Below are positions 15,763-25,568 of a stretch of DNA of 30,964 bases, one piece after another. A program made the position numbers and the translations under genes. The first letter of the stretch is position 1; each line of letters begins with the position of its first letter. Location of the stretch: IMG/VR virus record IMGVR_UViG_3300040985_001478, positions 1 through 30,964 of that record. The stretch is one strand, 5' to 3'. This DNA is from a virus. Taxonomy: Duplodnaviria; Caudoviricetes. The notes beneath the pieces are model-generated. The model was not told where the DNA came from and did not search any database. It saw only the letters and a list, made by a program, of their open reading frames with translations.

Positions 15763-16353
15763 CTAGTTATTTACCTTACCGTAGTCTACAAAGTCGTAGC
15801 GGAAAGTAACTTCAACTGTTGAGAAATCATTCGTTGAGTAGTTCTTTTCAGAGAATCGAACACCCGTTGGGTAAACACCGTAAACCTCAACAAACGAGTG
15901 TGGTTCATTAGTATTATCCAACTCTAGGATAGTCATCTTAGAAGCCTTGAATGACTTGTTGCCTGGACCACCTGGAGCAGATAACTTAGTCATATCCCCC
16001 GTCATCGGGTCGTAGATCGACTTAAACCAGTTCCAAAGGGCTGGGGTATTTTGAGACAATAATTGGTTATCAAAAGTAACTGTAACATTGTCAGGAGTAA
16101 ATTTACCTGGGTAGAATACCTTATCGTTTAGACGATCCACAACAATGTCATCTACTGAACCTCCAATAGGACTCACTTGCTTTGCAGCCGCAGTTAATTC
16201 TTGTTGCTGAAGCGTAAACTCAGGTGGTAACCCGAAGAATTTTACTTCAAACTGATAAGCCCTAATGGAATCCAGCTTAGTGGAAACCTTAGGAAGACTC
16301 TTCCCAGGCTCAAAGTTTGCTCTGTAATCGTTTTTTAAGAAACTGTCTACCAT
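15763..16353 (-). CDS. Tail tube protein, T4 gp19-like
   Basis: RAYQFEV, YPGKFT...VTVTF, LWNWF, GVYPT and EVTFRYD; directly downstream of the sheath gene. Confidence 0.88.
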   Translation of the reverse strand: MVDSFLKNDYRANFEPGKSLPKVSTKLDSIRAYQFEVKFFGLPPEFTLQQQELTAAAKQVSPIGGSVDDIVVDRLNDKVFYPGKFTPDNVTVTFDNQLLSQNTPALWNWFKSIYDPMTGDMTKLSAPGGPGNKSFKASKMTILELDNTNEPHSFVEVYGVYPTGVRFSEKNYSTNDFSTVEVTFRYDFVDYGKVNN

Positions 16354-16358
16354 AATAA

Positions 16359-18341
16359 TTACCCGTTAAGTGTAGCCGATTGGCTTGTAAGGTTGACCTC
16401 GAAGACAATGGTCTCAGCAGCCTTAGTAGGCTTGATGGTAACCGAACACCATAGCTCGTTCCGATCAACTCTTAGTGGTGTATTCGTAGTAGAGTCGCAC
16501 TTAACTGCACCCTCCACGATAGCTCTTCGAGCAAGCAGATCATCCAAGAAGGGGTTGATTGCATCCTCTACAAGCTCCCAAGTAAACTGATCATTAGGCT
16601 CGAATTGGAAAGGCTTACCAAGTTGTAGCAACACCTTCCGAATGTAAATCATAAGTCTACGAGTATTAATTCTATCAAGAGCAGTTGGAGTTCTTTGCGT
16701 AGTTCTCTGCCCGAAAATAGTGATACCCGTTGTTGGATCGTTTGCTACCGGATTTATTGAGTTAGAGTATAGAGCATCTCTATCACCCTGATTCAACACG
16801 ACTTCAGTAGCCGTAGGCTTAGTTAACCGACCTCTTCGGAAACCAGCAGGAGCAAACCACGGATCTGAAACAGCATCCGTAAATACGCATTGTCTAGCTG
16901 CAAAGATTGCAGGGTCATACCACTCTTCCGCTGCTGCGAAGGGGTTGAAGACTTGAACCCAAGGCCAGTTACAGGCAGCATACGAGGAGTTAAGAGCAGC
17001 CGCTCTTGTGCTTTGATCCTTACCGTTAATCCAGTCCGTAGCGTCTTGAACCTCACCCAATGCCAAAGGAGGGGAAACCAATGCTAAGAAGTTTTTAGAA
17101 CTTTCAGCCAAAGTGATTAAAGCGTTTTGGATAATATCCTCAGTGACCCCAGGAATGACTGCTAGTGAGATATTCAAAGAATCATCATCCAAAGCGTGCA
17201 TACCCGTTTTAGATGCTGCGTTCCCAACCATAGATTGAACATTACCAGCCCCACTGTCACCACCAGCAAGACTATAGGTACCTTCAATAACCTTTACAAA
17301 TCTTGGGGTTCCAGTATGACTATTCTCAGTACCTAATGCTCCTCCAGCAAACCCAGCCGCAGTAGCGGTAGCACCAAACTGATCAGGAGCAGCATAGCTA
17401 GCAGTGCCTGACATTAACTCAGTGTAAATGTATTCCGACTTGTTGTTATTGACATCGTCAATCAATAGGAATTCTACAGAATTAGGACTGGAAGGGCTTA
17501 ACTCAGTGTCGTTAAATGATTCTGCCTGAGCACCTTCACTGTTTACAACAACCTGATCCCTAACTGAAAGATTGTTAATCTCCACCGAAACACCTTGAAT
17601 AGACCCATCTCTAAGGCTACTAAGATTGTATCCTGTCCCTGGGTATACCGAGTATGCGTCTAAGGTTACGCTAGAAGAAGTGAACCCCTTCGTAGTGACT
17701 GAGGACCCTCCCGTTGCGGAAGCATTCCCTGAAACATCCAGGCCAGAAAACACAATACCTGAATCCGCTGCACTAACCTGTAAGGAGGCACCTGAACCTG
17801 CATAACGAGAAGCTAAGTAAATGTCTGAACCATCAACATACGAGAAGATTGGTTGATCATTTAAGATACCAGGGTTAAAAGCATTTTGGAAGATCGCAGT
17901 AGACGTTCCAAAGGAAGTAGAACTGACAAGCTCAACAGTTCCCGTCACAGTGGTAGTTGCTGCATTGTCAGTCAAAGAGTAGTAAATTGAAGAGGCTGCG
18001 GTTGTAGGAGTGTAGCCTTCAACCTTAACAGCAGGGCAAGCTCCTACAGCAACAGCAGCAGAAGCAGCAGCAGCAGAAGAAGAAACGGATCTTACAAAAT
18101 AAATCTGATTAGTGGCTTCAAGAATTTCCAATGCACCTTCTAGACCCTGACCTTCTAGGTTAGAATCCGGCTTGCCGAACACTCTAAGTAAGTTTTCTTG
18201 GCTTGTAATAAGAGTTGCTTTATCAGTTGGGCCTTTATTAGCAAAGCCTACTAAACCTACAACACTTGAATTAATATTTGGAGTGTAGATTGAAACATCG
18301 TTTTCAAGAACTACAACAGATGGACTGGTTGGGATTGCCAT
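16359..18341 (-). CDS. Contractile tail sheath protein, T4 gp18-like
   Basis: SPSVVVLEND, GFANKGP, SSYAACNWPW, PWFAPAGFRRG, IFGQRT, LDRINTRRL and FQFEPND. Confidence 0.95.
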   Translation of the reverse strand: MAIPTSPSVVVLENDVSIYTPNINSSVVGLVGFANKGPTDKATLITSQENLLRVFGKPDSNLEGQGLEGALEILEATNQIYFVRSVSSSAAAASAAVAVGACPAVKVEGYTPTTAASSIYYSLTDNAATTTVTGTVELVSSTSFGTSTAIFQNAFNPGILNDQPIFSYVDGSDIYLASRYAGSGASLQVSAADSGIVFSGLDVSGNASATGGSSVTTKGFTSSSVTLDAYSVYPGTGYNLSSLRDGSIQGVSVEINNLSVRDQVVVNSEGAQAESFNDTELSPSSPNSVEFLLIDDVNNNKSEYIYTELMSGTASYAAPDQFGATATAAGFAGGALGTENSHTGTPRFVKVIEGTYSLAGGDSGAGNVQSMVGNAASKTGMHALDDDSLNISLAVIPGVTEDIIQNALITLAESSKNFLALVSPPLALGEVQDATDWINGKDQSTRAAALNSSYAACNWPWVQVFNPFAAAEEWYDPAIFAARQCVFTDAVSDPWFAPAGFRRGRLTKPTATEVVLNQGDRDALYSNSINPVANDPTTGITIFGQRTTQRTPTALDRINTRRLMIYIRKVLLQLGKPFQFEPNDQFTWELVEDAINPFLDDLLARRAIVEGAVKCDSTTNTPLRVDRNELWCSVTIKPTKAAETIVFEVNLTSQSATLNG

Positions 18342-18343
18342 AA

Positions 18344-18604
18344 TTAACTACTCTCTTTTCTTATATATTTACGTGTGGGCTTAACCTCGGAAACAGGCTC
18401 TACGGGCTTGACAGGCTTGGGGGTATCGACCACATTAATAACTTTAGCCATCCTTCTCTTTACTAAATTCAGTAGCACCTTACTCGTCCACGAATCAGGA
18501 ACATCGCATTGTGACTTTGGAGACAAGAATATCGACTTAATCCCTTCAGGAGTTTTGAAGGAAATAGATAATCCTTGGAGGCTTGTGTTCTTTACAATCT
18601 TCAT
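18344..18604 (-). CDS. Small hypothetical protein in the tail module
   Basis: Start revised to ATG 18604 (MKIVKN), just downstream of TAAATATAAATA. Confidence 0.65.
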   Translation of the reverse strand: MKIVKNTSLQGLSISFKTPEGIKSIFLSPKSQCDVPDSWTSKVLLNLVKRRMAKVINVVDTPKPVKPVEPVSEVKPTRKYIRKESS

Positions 18605-18606
18605 TG

Positions 18607-18618
18607 TATTTATATTTA
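18607..18618 (-). promoter_or_regulatory. T4-type late promoter TATAAATA (tandem TAAATA)
   Basis: cTAAATATAAATAcaATG on the minus strand; another TAAATA at 18366-18371 precedes the sheath gene. Confidence 0.6.
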
Positions 18619-18649
18619 GCTTACTAGACTTGAACTCATTCAATATAAA

Positions 18650-19351
18650 TTAGGTTCGTTTTACCGATTCGACTACTTTTGGATCGTCATCTATAGTAAT
18701 ATCGAACATATCGAAATCTTTTATCTCCCCTGTATTAGTTACTTGAAATCTGGGGGTGGGAATATAAGTCTCCAAGGTGATCCCTATAGTCTTTTGAAGG
18801 ATCCTATCTCCCGTATCTAAAGCTTCAACTGACCCTATTTCTCTCTCATCAGTAATAAATGCTTTACTAAAGGAGGAGTGCTTAGTCACAATATCCACAT
18901 CGGGGTTAAACAGGGAAAAAATATTAGATCTAAGCATATCTAAATCTGATTTGTATTTAGACCAAATATTAATGTCGTAACTAATATTAATAGGTCTTGG
19001 AGGAAGGCTTAACACTCTCGTAGCCCGTAAAGTTTTTGGATCCCATTTCTTATCAATTATAATATTTTGATATCTAGCCCGATCAGGATCGGGTTTTGTT
19101 TGGGTTTCCACCACAGTAATCATGGGAAGTATTAAAGTATTATCTGCCTTTATCTTACCTGCTATTCTTTCTGGATTGCCGTGAGAAGATTTCACCCTAA
19201 GTCTATTGCCATTACCATCGATGTAGTAAAAGTTTCCGAAAGTATGAATCATGCTTCTAAGGCTTTCCCTATAAACATTATCACTAGTTGCTGCTAGTTT
19301 AGGGCTTGATAGCTGCATTACCTTATTGCGGAGGTTTACATTAATTGACAT
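18650..19351 (-). CDS. Tail terminator/sheath stabiliser, T4 gp15-like
   Basis: LPMIT...DPDR and PRPINISYDINIWSK...FNP; position after gp13/gp14. Confidence 0.75.
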   Translation of the reverse strand: MSINVNLRNKVMQLSSPKLAATSDNVYRESLRSMIHTFGNFYYIDGNGNRLRVKSSHGNPERIAGKIKADNTLILPMITVVETQTKPDPDRARYQNIIIDKKWDPKTLRATRVLSLPPRPINISYDINIWSKYKSDLDMLRSNIFSLFNPDVDIVTKHSSFSKAFITDEREIGSVEALDTGDRILQKTIGITLETYIPTPRFQVTNTGEIKDFDMFDITIDDDPKVVESVKRT

Positions 19352-19896
19352 CAGTATCTACCTCCAAGATCATCAGGTCTTTCAAACGTATCTTCGTTAT
19401 GAATTTCCTGAGTATCTCGAAGCAGTTTAGCATGAACTAACAAATGGTAGACTCCATAGGCTTCAAAAGAATCCTCTTGAACTTCAAACACTTCAAACTT
19501 CATCTCTTGGAACTCAGGCTCTAAAACGTCTCCAATAGCTATAGGTCTTCCTAGTATGTTTTCCGTATAGCTCTTGTTGAATATAAACACCTGATCTATT
19601 TGCATCTCAACTCCAAACTGAGTTAGATTCTCTTCAATAGGTCTAGGATCGTAGTGCGCCCAGATTGTTACAGGCTCAGGAGCTATTGTCTTTTGTCTAC
19701 TCTCCTGGTAAACCTCATCAATATCATTGGATGGAATATACTCATATACTCTTATCTTAGATCCTGATAGCTTTATGTTTTCAGAGTCAATAAGATTGAA
19801 TAGATTCTTATCATTCTTCTTCTTAAATAAAGACAGTCTAGTGTCCCTATCTTCAGGAAAGTTTGAAGGTGGTGTATTTACTTTAAATCTACTCAT
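19351..19896 (-). CDS. Neck/head-closure protein, T4 gp14-like
   Basis: DEVYQE, LTQFGV, GDVL and FEVFEV; start revised to ATG 19896, 1 nt after the gp13 stop. Confidence 0.75.
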   Translation of the reverse strand: MSRFKVNTPPSNFPEDRDTRLSLFKKKNDKNLFNLIDSENIKLSGSKIRVYEYIPSNDIDEVYQESRQKTIAPEPVTIWAHYDPRPIEENLTQFGVEMQIDQVFIFNKSYTENILGRPIAIGDVLEPEFQEMKFEVFEVQEDSFEAYGVYHLLVHAKLLRDTQEIHNEDTFERPDDLGGRY

Positions 19897-19897
19897 C

Positions 19898-20761
19898 TTA
19901 GAATATATCGAAGAGTGCTGGACCTTCAATCTCCGACTGTAGCTCTTCTATAAGGGCTGCCTTCTCTTCTTTGGCCTCAGAGACTAACTCAGACCCGTTG
20001 AGCCTTGTGCCTCCTCCTGGGCCTGGGAGAGTTGCATACTTGCCTCTTATGCCTCCTAGAATCTCCTTTGATAATGCTAAGGAGAACCTCTGCACCCACG
20101 ACTTATAAGCATGGTGGACAGTGTTAGGATCGAAAGCTCTAAACTCAAGAATAACTGCTTCATCATTTGCCTCAGGCTTAGGCCAGATATGCAAATGCCT
20201 ATTGTTAACTAATTGCCACGTAGACATTTGACCTAAAACATTCTTAACCTGTTTTAGATATTGCTGCATGAGAAGATACTGACTAACATTATAATTATTA
20301 AATAGTCCAGTATTCGTAAAAAACATGATAGCAAAGTCATACTCCAGCGAACCCGGCGAGGCTCCGAATTTGAAGAAGTCTCTCCTGTACCAAACGTCAT
20401 TTAAGTTATCCGCAACTTCAGGTGGAAGCTCATATACGTTTACTCCTGCGCTAGTATCAAACACTGCATACTGGGTCATCCAATCAGGAGCATGATACTC
20501 AAGCTTGGAAATAGCTTCATCAATACAAATCTGTATTTGAAAATCATCAAGCTCAACATCAACAACAGGATATCCTAATTTAGCTAGAACCCAATCCTTT
20601 ACCGTCCTGTTAAATGTTTTAAATTCGTTTACATCTTTCGCATCTTTGTTGTTTAAGTCAGTATCTTTTGGGGAACTGTAATCACTTAAACGAGATCCAC
20701 CATAAGTTCCATAAGATGATCCGTAAGATTTAACGATTGGCTTGCCTAATTTATCACCCAT
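19898..20761 (-). CDS. Neck/head-tail adaptor protein, T4 gp13-like
   Basis: LAKLGYPVVDVELDDFQIQICIDEAI, WVQRFSLALSKE and LPGPGGGTRLNG. Confidence 0.85.
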   Translation of the reverse strand: MGDKLGKPIVKSYGSSYGTYGGSRLSDYSSPKDTDLNNKDAKDVNEFKTFNRTVKDWVLAKLGYPVVDVELDDFQIQICIDEAISKLEYHAPDWMTQYAVFDTSAGVNVYELPPEVADNLNDVWYRRDFFKFGASPGSLEYDFAIMFFTNTGLFNNYNVSQYLLMQQYLKQVKNVLGQMSTWQLVNNRHLHIWPKPEANDEAVILEFRAFDPNTVHHAYKSWVQRFSLALSKEILGGIRGKYATLPGPGGGTRLNGSELVSEAKEEKAALIEELQSEIEGPALFDIF

Positions 20762-20769
20762 ATCATTTA

Positions 20770-20775
20770 TATTTA
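20770..20775 (-). promoter_or_regulatory. Putative late promoter TAAATA before the gp13-like gene
   Basis: gTAAATATAAATgatATG, immediately downstream of the capsid-gene terminator. Confidence 0.55.
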
Positions 20776-20786
20776 CCTATGAAATA

Positions 20787-20821
20787 GAAAAAGGGTTCAG
20801 ATATAATCTGAACCCTTTTTC
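20787..20821 (-). terminator. Intrinsic terminator after the major capsid gene
   Basis: Perfect inverted repeat gAAAAAGGGTTCAGAT-ATA-ATCTGAACCCTTTTTc, with T-tracts on both strands. Confidence 0.9.
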
Positions 20822-20842
20822 CCGTTGTTAGTTACTAGCTAT

Positions 20843-22471
20843 TTATGCCGTGTAACCAGTATCATAACCACCAGGACCATCGAATGAGTTACCACCCGCT
20901 CCCGTTTGACGCAAGATCTCAGGCGTAAGGTAATCAGCACCCGTACCAATCAAGCGAATCACACGGTAGAATCTCGATGCAGGCTGAACCGCAACCTTGC
21001 CGTAACGAGTCAGGATACCCTTTCTCGGTTGGAAGGTCTCAGGATCAGTAACCGTATCCAGAGGTTGCAGTGGAATGTAAGGGCAGTAGAAGAAGCCCGC
21101 ATCCATTGCATTGCTACCCTTGTAGCCGACGATGATCTCATCTTCTGGGAACATCGGGTCCACAACCAGATCATACTTACCAGCAAACTTACCAACGTAT
21201 TGGATTTGGTTGCCAGCCATGTTGGTTGGACCATCCTTCTCAGAAAGACCACCTTCAAGCTTCGCAGCCGACTCAAGCATCGAAGCGATGACCGGAGACG
21301 TAATCAGGACGTTACCCGGACCTCTAAGGGTCGTGCGGTAGATATCCGTGCTCGCGAAGTTAATCAGAGCCAGGACATTCGAGTAGATGTGACCCAGCGT
21401 TTGAGGAGCAAAGCCAGTGCCCCCTCCGCTAAATCGGTTCAGATCCATGACATAAATGTTGGAGTATCTACGGGAGATACCACTAGCATCCTCATCTTGC
21501 AAACCAGTAGAGAAGTCATACTCGTAAGAACCACCAACAAACGTGCCACCCGTGCTGGAAGTGGAATTAGTACCTGCGAGGGCTGGGAAAGCATCAGCAC
21601 CACCTCGGTAAAGCTCATCAAGCGACCAGCCACCAAAGCTACCTAAGGCACCGGGACCATAGGCAATCATGCGAATGTCTTCGATAAGCTCACGATCAAT
21701 TTCAAGGTTCATCTCCTTCGAGAGAAGATCCGTTAGTTCTTTCTCCATGTCAAGGTTGTGATAAGCCTTAAGGTCTTGAGCCGCTTCGAGAGTCCAAAGT
21801 GCTCTCATCTTACGCTCACGAGCTTGAACGGTTTGCTTCTGAATGTGAAGGTTGACCTCGGGGATCGCGGTCCCACGGAGTCTTTCACCAGCCGAAACCG
21901 AGTAGCCCAAGATCGTAGTCGAAGTTGGGAATGCAGCAAGCTGACCACCCATCGTAGTCGAAGGCGAACCCGCATTAGCAGCAAGCACGTTTGACAGGTC
22001 GAAACCATTGGCTGCTGTTTCACCGTAGGTCAATGCACTAGTGCCATCAGCCGGATCGAAAGTTGCACCCACAGCACTAATAGAGCCAATCTTACCTGCA
22101 ACAAGGTTGCGAGGCGTGATGTTGAACTTCGAGTACATGATCTGCTCATCCGAACCGATAGCACGCGAGTTACCCATGTAGAAGATTTGCGAAACCGGAC
22201 CATCCATGGTCTGAGTCGCGCCGATCTTGTTGAACACCAACTCAGGATACATCCGACGAATCATCGGGAATGCAAACTTTTGGAAGGTGCCAATCTTACC
22301 AGTGGTCGTAGCCGCTGGGCTTAGTGCCTCTTCGTTCAGTTGCGAGTTTTGGAAAGCCTTAGCTTGGTTCTCAAACAGTCTTGCCGTTTGATACGCGATG
22401 TGATCATCTCCGATCCCTTCAAGGAGTGGGTCCCAACGCTTCAGTAATTGATCTCTGTCTAATGCAGTCAT
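20843..22471 (-). CDS. Major capsid protein, T4 gp23-like
   Basis: RWDPLLEG, LFENQ, FPMIRR, QTMDGP, WTLEAAQDLKAYH, EIDRE, GYKGS..DAGFFYCPYIPL and FQPRKGILTRYG; SD GAGAGGA. Confidence 0.96.
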   Translation of the reverse strand: MTALDRDQLLKRWDPLLEGIGDDHIAYQTARLFENQAKAFQNSQLNEEALSPAATTTGKIGTFQKFAFPMIRRMYPELVFNKIGATQTMDGPVSQIFYMGNSRAIGSDEQIMYSKFNITPRNLVAGKIGSISAVGATFDPADGTSALTYGETAANGFDLSNVLAANAGSPSTTMGGQLAAFPTSTTILGYSVSAGERLRGTAIPEVNLHIQKQTVQARERKMRALWTLEAAQDLKAYHNLDMEKELTDLLSKEMNLEIDRELIEDIRMIAYGPGALGSFGGWSLDELYRGGADAFPALAGTNSTSSTGGTFVGGSYEYDFSTGLQDEDASGISRRYSNIYVMDLNRFSGGGTGFAPQTLGHIYSNVLALINFASTDIYRTTLRGPGNVLITSPVIASMLESAAKLEGGLSEKDGPTNMAGNQIQYVGKFAGKYDLVVDPMFPEDEIIVGYKGSNAMDAGFFYCPYIPLQPLDTVTDPETFQPRKGILTRYGKVAVQPASRFYRVIRLIGTGADYLTPEILRQTGAGGNSFDGPGGYDTGYTA

Positions 22472-22491
22472 ATACTTAATCCTCTCAATTA

Positions 22492-23139
22492 TTACTTATT
22501 ATTGAGCTTGTCTAACACGCCTTGATTGATCCACTCATTACGGTGGGCCTCGACGTTTTCATTTAACCGAGCATCAGCTTCCTTCACTTCGAAGTTATCT
22601 TCACTGATGACGAGTGCTTGATCAGAAAGTTTCCTCTCTGCACTAGCGGATTCCCTAAGATCTTCAACCTGAGTTTGGATCGTTTGAAGGGATTCTTCTA
22701 GCTTTGTATTTTTATCTTGCGTAACCTTGGACTTGCGCTTCAAGCTGACGTTCTCTCTTAGGAGCTTATCAACCTGACGCAGGAGAGCTTCGTTCTTCTC
22801 TTCCTGTTGTTCACCGAGACTAGCAAGGGCTTCCATGCCGTTAATTTCATCTTGGCTAGTGTTTTCCAAGACAAACATAGAGCGCACAGTTTCAAACATT
22901 TGAGCGTTACGGAAAGTTTCGTTTTGCAATTCAAGTTCCTTGATTGCTTGTTCCTTTAACTTTTCAATGTTTCCACGAATAAATGACTGGACCTTCGTGG
23001 TTAGATCCTCTACTCTTTCTTCGACTCTTTGCTCAATAATTACAGCAACAAGCTCAGATACCTTCTCAAGGGTGCCTTCATCAAGACCCTCGGGTAGATA
23101 CTGAGCCACCGAGTCTAAAACTTCCTTACTCTGTGACAT
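22492..23139 (-). CDS. Prohead core scaffold protein, T4 gp22-like
   Basis: Acidic coiled-coil protein between the protease and capsid genes; SD GAGGT; TAAATA at 23158-23163. Confidence 0.72.
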   Translation of the reverse strand: MSQSKEVLDSVAQYLPEGLDEGTLEKVSELVAVIIEQRVEERVEDLTTKVQSFIRGNIEKLKEQAIKELELQNETFRNAQMFETVRSMFVLENTSQDEINGMEALASLGEQQEEKNEALLRQVDKLLRENVSLKRKSKVTQDKNTKLEESLQTIQTQVEDLRESASAERKLSDQALVISEDNFEVKEADARLNENVEAHRNEWINQGVLDKLNNK

Positions 23140-23189
23140 GGTTAACCTCTATGTATGTATTTAGGTAGTTGTAACAATTTTATTGCTAA

Positions 23190-24455
23190 TTATTTTGGAG
23201 ACTCCCCTCGATCTCGCTGCCTGCCTGCCATGCGAGCATTCATTGCTTTGGCATGGTCTTTAGCGGCTTTGCCCGTAGCTTGGCGTTGTCTGCCCTTGAG
23301 ATATTCAAAGCTGGCGCGTGCCCCTTGGCTACCAGCGGAATCTCCGAGAGCGTCTTCTACTGACATATTATTACTCATCTGGTCGGCGTCTTTTTGGCGG
23401 CCCCTTACGACAGCCGCTCTGCGCTGGATTCGTAGATTTGATGTGTCTTTCTTATCATGAACGTTGGCCTCATAAATATCCTTAAGCTTATTCACTACAG
23501 CGTCTCTAAAGAGTTCTGATTCCCTTTTACCCAGGCCGCTAAGATCTTCTGATCCCCCTCTCCTTAGCGCAGCCTCTTGGTTATCGATATCAATATCTTT
23601 AAATTTGCCTCTCTTAGTCTGTGCAGTAAATGGCAGTTCCTGTTGTCTATTGTCTTGTTGTCTAGCATCTATAGCTGCTTTATCAGCCTTTATTTTATCA
23701 GCTCTTTTTTTTCCGGCTGCCAATTCCTTTGACTGGATACCCCTAAGTCTCGCCGCTTGTGGCCTATTCCCCCTCTTATTTGCAGTCTTTACGGCATTGT
23801 TGACATCATTCTGTCTCTGGGCGGCGGGGCTGAGTCCTACTACTGCCTCAGTGAGAGAATCTCTAATCTTACTCTCAAGCATCGTAAGAAGAACTCTATC
23901 CTTCTTATGCTTTGAAACAATCTCTTGAGCACGTTGACTGTTTTCTCTCATGGACTCAGACATAGCAGGGAATGCACCCTTAGTTGAAGGATCAGATACA
24001 AGGTCAAAAGTGATAAGCTTGAAATCCTCGTTAACAACCTTACCATTGGTGCCCTCGGATACGCTACCAAGTCCACGGCTAGAGATACCAATCTTAACTC
24101 CATCGTTAAGAAGAGCTTCTACAATCTTTCCATTGGGAGTAGAAAGGATCTCACACTCACCCATCACATCACCATTCTTTTCAACCCAAAGATTGGTAAT
24201 CAAGTGAGATGCTTGAGAAAGGTGGATAGCGTCATTGGACGGGTGATCCAAAGCACCTACCAAAGAACGATCATCAATCTTTTCCTTAATAGCCTTTACT
24301 TGATTTTCTAGAATCTTTCTAGGGTAAACTCTCCCGTTATTATTCTGCTCGTCACACTTCTGGAATTTGCCTCTAAGCTTCTTCCGCTGGTTTTTACCTT
24401 TACCTTCAGTGATGACCTGAACCTTCTCCAAAACATTGTATTCAACAAGTAACAT
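23190..24455 (-). CDS. Prohead core protease, T4 gp21-like, with long C-terminal extension
   Basis: NNNGRVYP, GALDHP, STPNG, GISSRGLGS and FDLVSDPST in the first ~165 aa. Confidence 0.92.
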   Translation of the reverse strand: MLLVEYNVLEKVQVITEGKGKNQRKKLRGKFQKCDEQNNNGRVYPRKILENQVKAIKEKIDDRSLVGALDHPSNDAIHLSQASHLITNLWVEKNGDVMGECEILSTPNGKIVEALLNDGVKIGISSRGLGSVSEGTNGKVVNEDFKLITFDLVSDPSTKGAFPAMSESMRENSQRAQEIVSKHKKDRVLLTMLESKIRDSLTEAVVGLSPAAQRQNDVNNAVKTANKRGNRPQAARLRGIQSKELAAGKKRADKIKADKAAIDARQQDNRQQELPFTAQTKRGKFKDIDIDNQEAALRRGGSEDLSGLGKRESELFRDAVVNKLKDIYEANVHDKKDTSNLRIQRRAAVVRGRQKDADQMSNNMSVEDALGDSAGSQGARASFEYLKGRQRQATGKAAKDHAKAMNARMAGRQRDRGESPK

Positions 24456-24463
24456 AGTAATTC

Positions 24464-24868
24464 CTATTTTTGTTTACGGGACCAGTATTTTTCACTTTTG
24501 AATTTACCAGTCTTTTGCTTACCATGCCGAAGAAGGGTTCTCACAGCATACTTTTTAACATCAGTGAATTTAGAGGGGATCGTCCCTGGAGAGAACCCCT
24601 TGGCGACTCTGCCTCCGACTTCCTGCTCGTCATCAGTCCCCCACTTACGCTTAGTAACCACGTAGAGACGGTCTGAGTTCTTAGTAGAAAATATCTGACC
24701 TACGTAACCATTTCGAAGAGCATCCGTTATGGATTTAAAAACCTTTACACGAGATTTAGATGCTTTTGAGTGGGACTTCTTAGAAGAAGATAAACCTTTG
24801 CTACGACCTTCTTTAGATCCTTGTCCACCTTCTGCCCTAGCTTCTTTAATTAACTTAACGAGATCCAT
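24464..24868 (-). CDS. Basic hypothetical protein, probable internal head protein
   Basis: Start revised to MDLVKLIKE (ATG 24868); very K/R-rich; lies in the head module. Confidence 0.6.
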   Translation of the reverse strand: MDLVKLIKEARAEGGQGSKEGRSKGLSSSKKSHSKASKSRVKVFKSITDALRNGYVGQIFSTKNSDRLYVVTKRKWGTDDEQEVGGRVAKGFSPGTIPSKFTDVKKYAVRTLLRHGKQKTGKFKSEKYWSRKQK

Positions 24869-25259
24869 TCTTTTTACTCTTTTTCTTAGACTTCGGAGGG
24901 TAAGGATCACTCCTTACCCTTCCCATTTTCTTAGCAGGACCTACACCCAAACAACCGCCAGAAGTCATTTCCTGCATAAGATCCTTAGCTTCTTTGATAA
25001 TACCTTTTAATTTATTAACAAGAACTTTTCGCCTTTCTCTAAGGATAGCAACTTCATCGATTTTGTGAACTACAGGCTTTGGAGTCTTACCCTCATTAAG
25101 GGCACCAGCAAAGCCAAGAACCTGATCAACGTAGGAATCAGGAACTTTCACAGCTTTTAAGCCATCGTCAATTACAGAAGTCTTAGGAGTAACAACCTCT
25201 TCAACAGAAGGAGTCGCTAAAATCCTTTCCGTAATAGAAATTAAATCCTTAGTATCCAT
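24855..25259 (-). CDS. Hypothetical protein, prohead-core-like
   Basis: Several (L/I)xE sites (ITE, LNE, IDE, IKE) and a basic tail; lies in the head module. Confidence 0.6.
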   Translation of the reverse strand: MDTKDLISITERILATPSVEEVVTPKTSVIDDGLKAVKVPDSYVDQVLGFAGALNEGKTPKPVVHKIDEVAILRERRKVLVNKLKGIIKEAKDLMQEMTSGGCLGVGPAKKMGRVRSDPYPPKSKKKSKKNGSR

Positions 25260-25274
25260 AGGTAGCTACTTGGA

Positions 25275-25568
25275 TTACTCCTCTTCTTCAAAATCTTCGT
25301 CTTCGTCCTCTGACTCGTAAAGCTCGTCACCAACTTCTGCACTAGCTTCATTGATGGTTTCGAGAATCACATTCACACAGGCATTCCACGAATCTTCCGA
25401 AATGGCTTCCTCAAGACTAGTTTCGCACAAGGGGCAGACATGCTCCTCGGACTCCACAATCTCTTCGTATTCCATAGCGTCAGACTCCTGAAGCTGAAGG
25501 GATTCTCCTAGCTTGTTAGCAACAAGGACATTCATGACGTAATCGTCATCCACATTAAGGTATCTCAT
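25275..25568 (-). CDS. Small acidic protein with CxxC, prohead-core-like
   Basis: Very acidic, many LxE/IxE sites, HVCPLCE; SD GGAG; TATAGATA at 25581-25588. Confidence 0.65.
   Translation of the reverse strand: MRYLNVDDDYVMNVLVANKLGESLQLQESDAMEYEEIVESEEHVCPLCETSLEEAISEDSWNACVNVILETINEASAEVGDELYESEDEDEDFEEEE

Noticed and set aside
20906-21646. 246-aa antisense ORF inside the major capsid gene
   Set aside because: Shadow ORF expected from the strong codon bias of a highly expressed gene; no motifs and no promoter or SD seen.
12677-24910. ORF-track starts at 12677, 18643, 19929 and 24910 (and 1495)
   Set aside because: Downstream ATGs fit SD, promoter or stop-start coupling better and avoid long overlaps.
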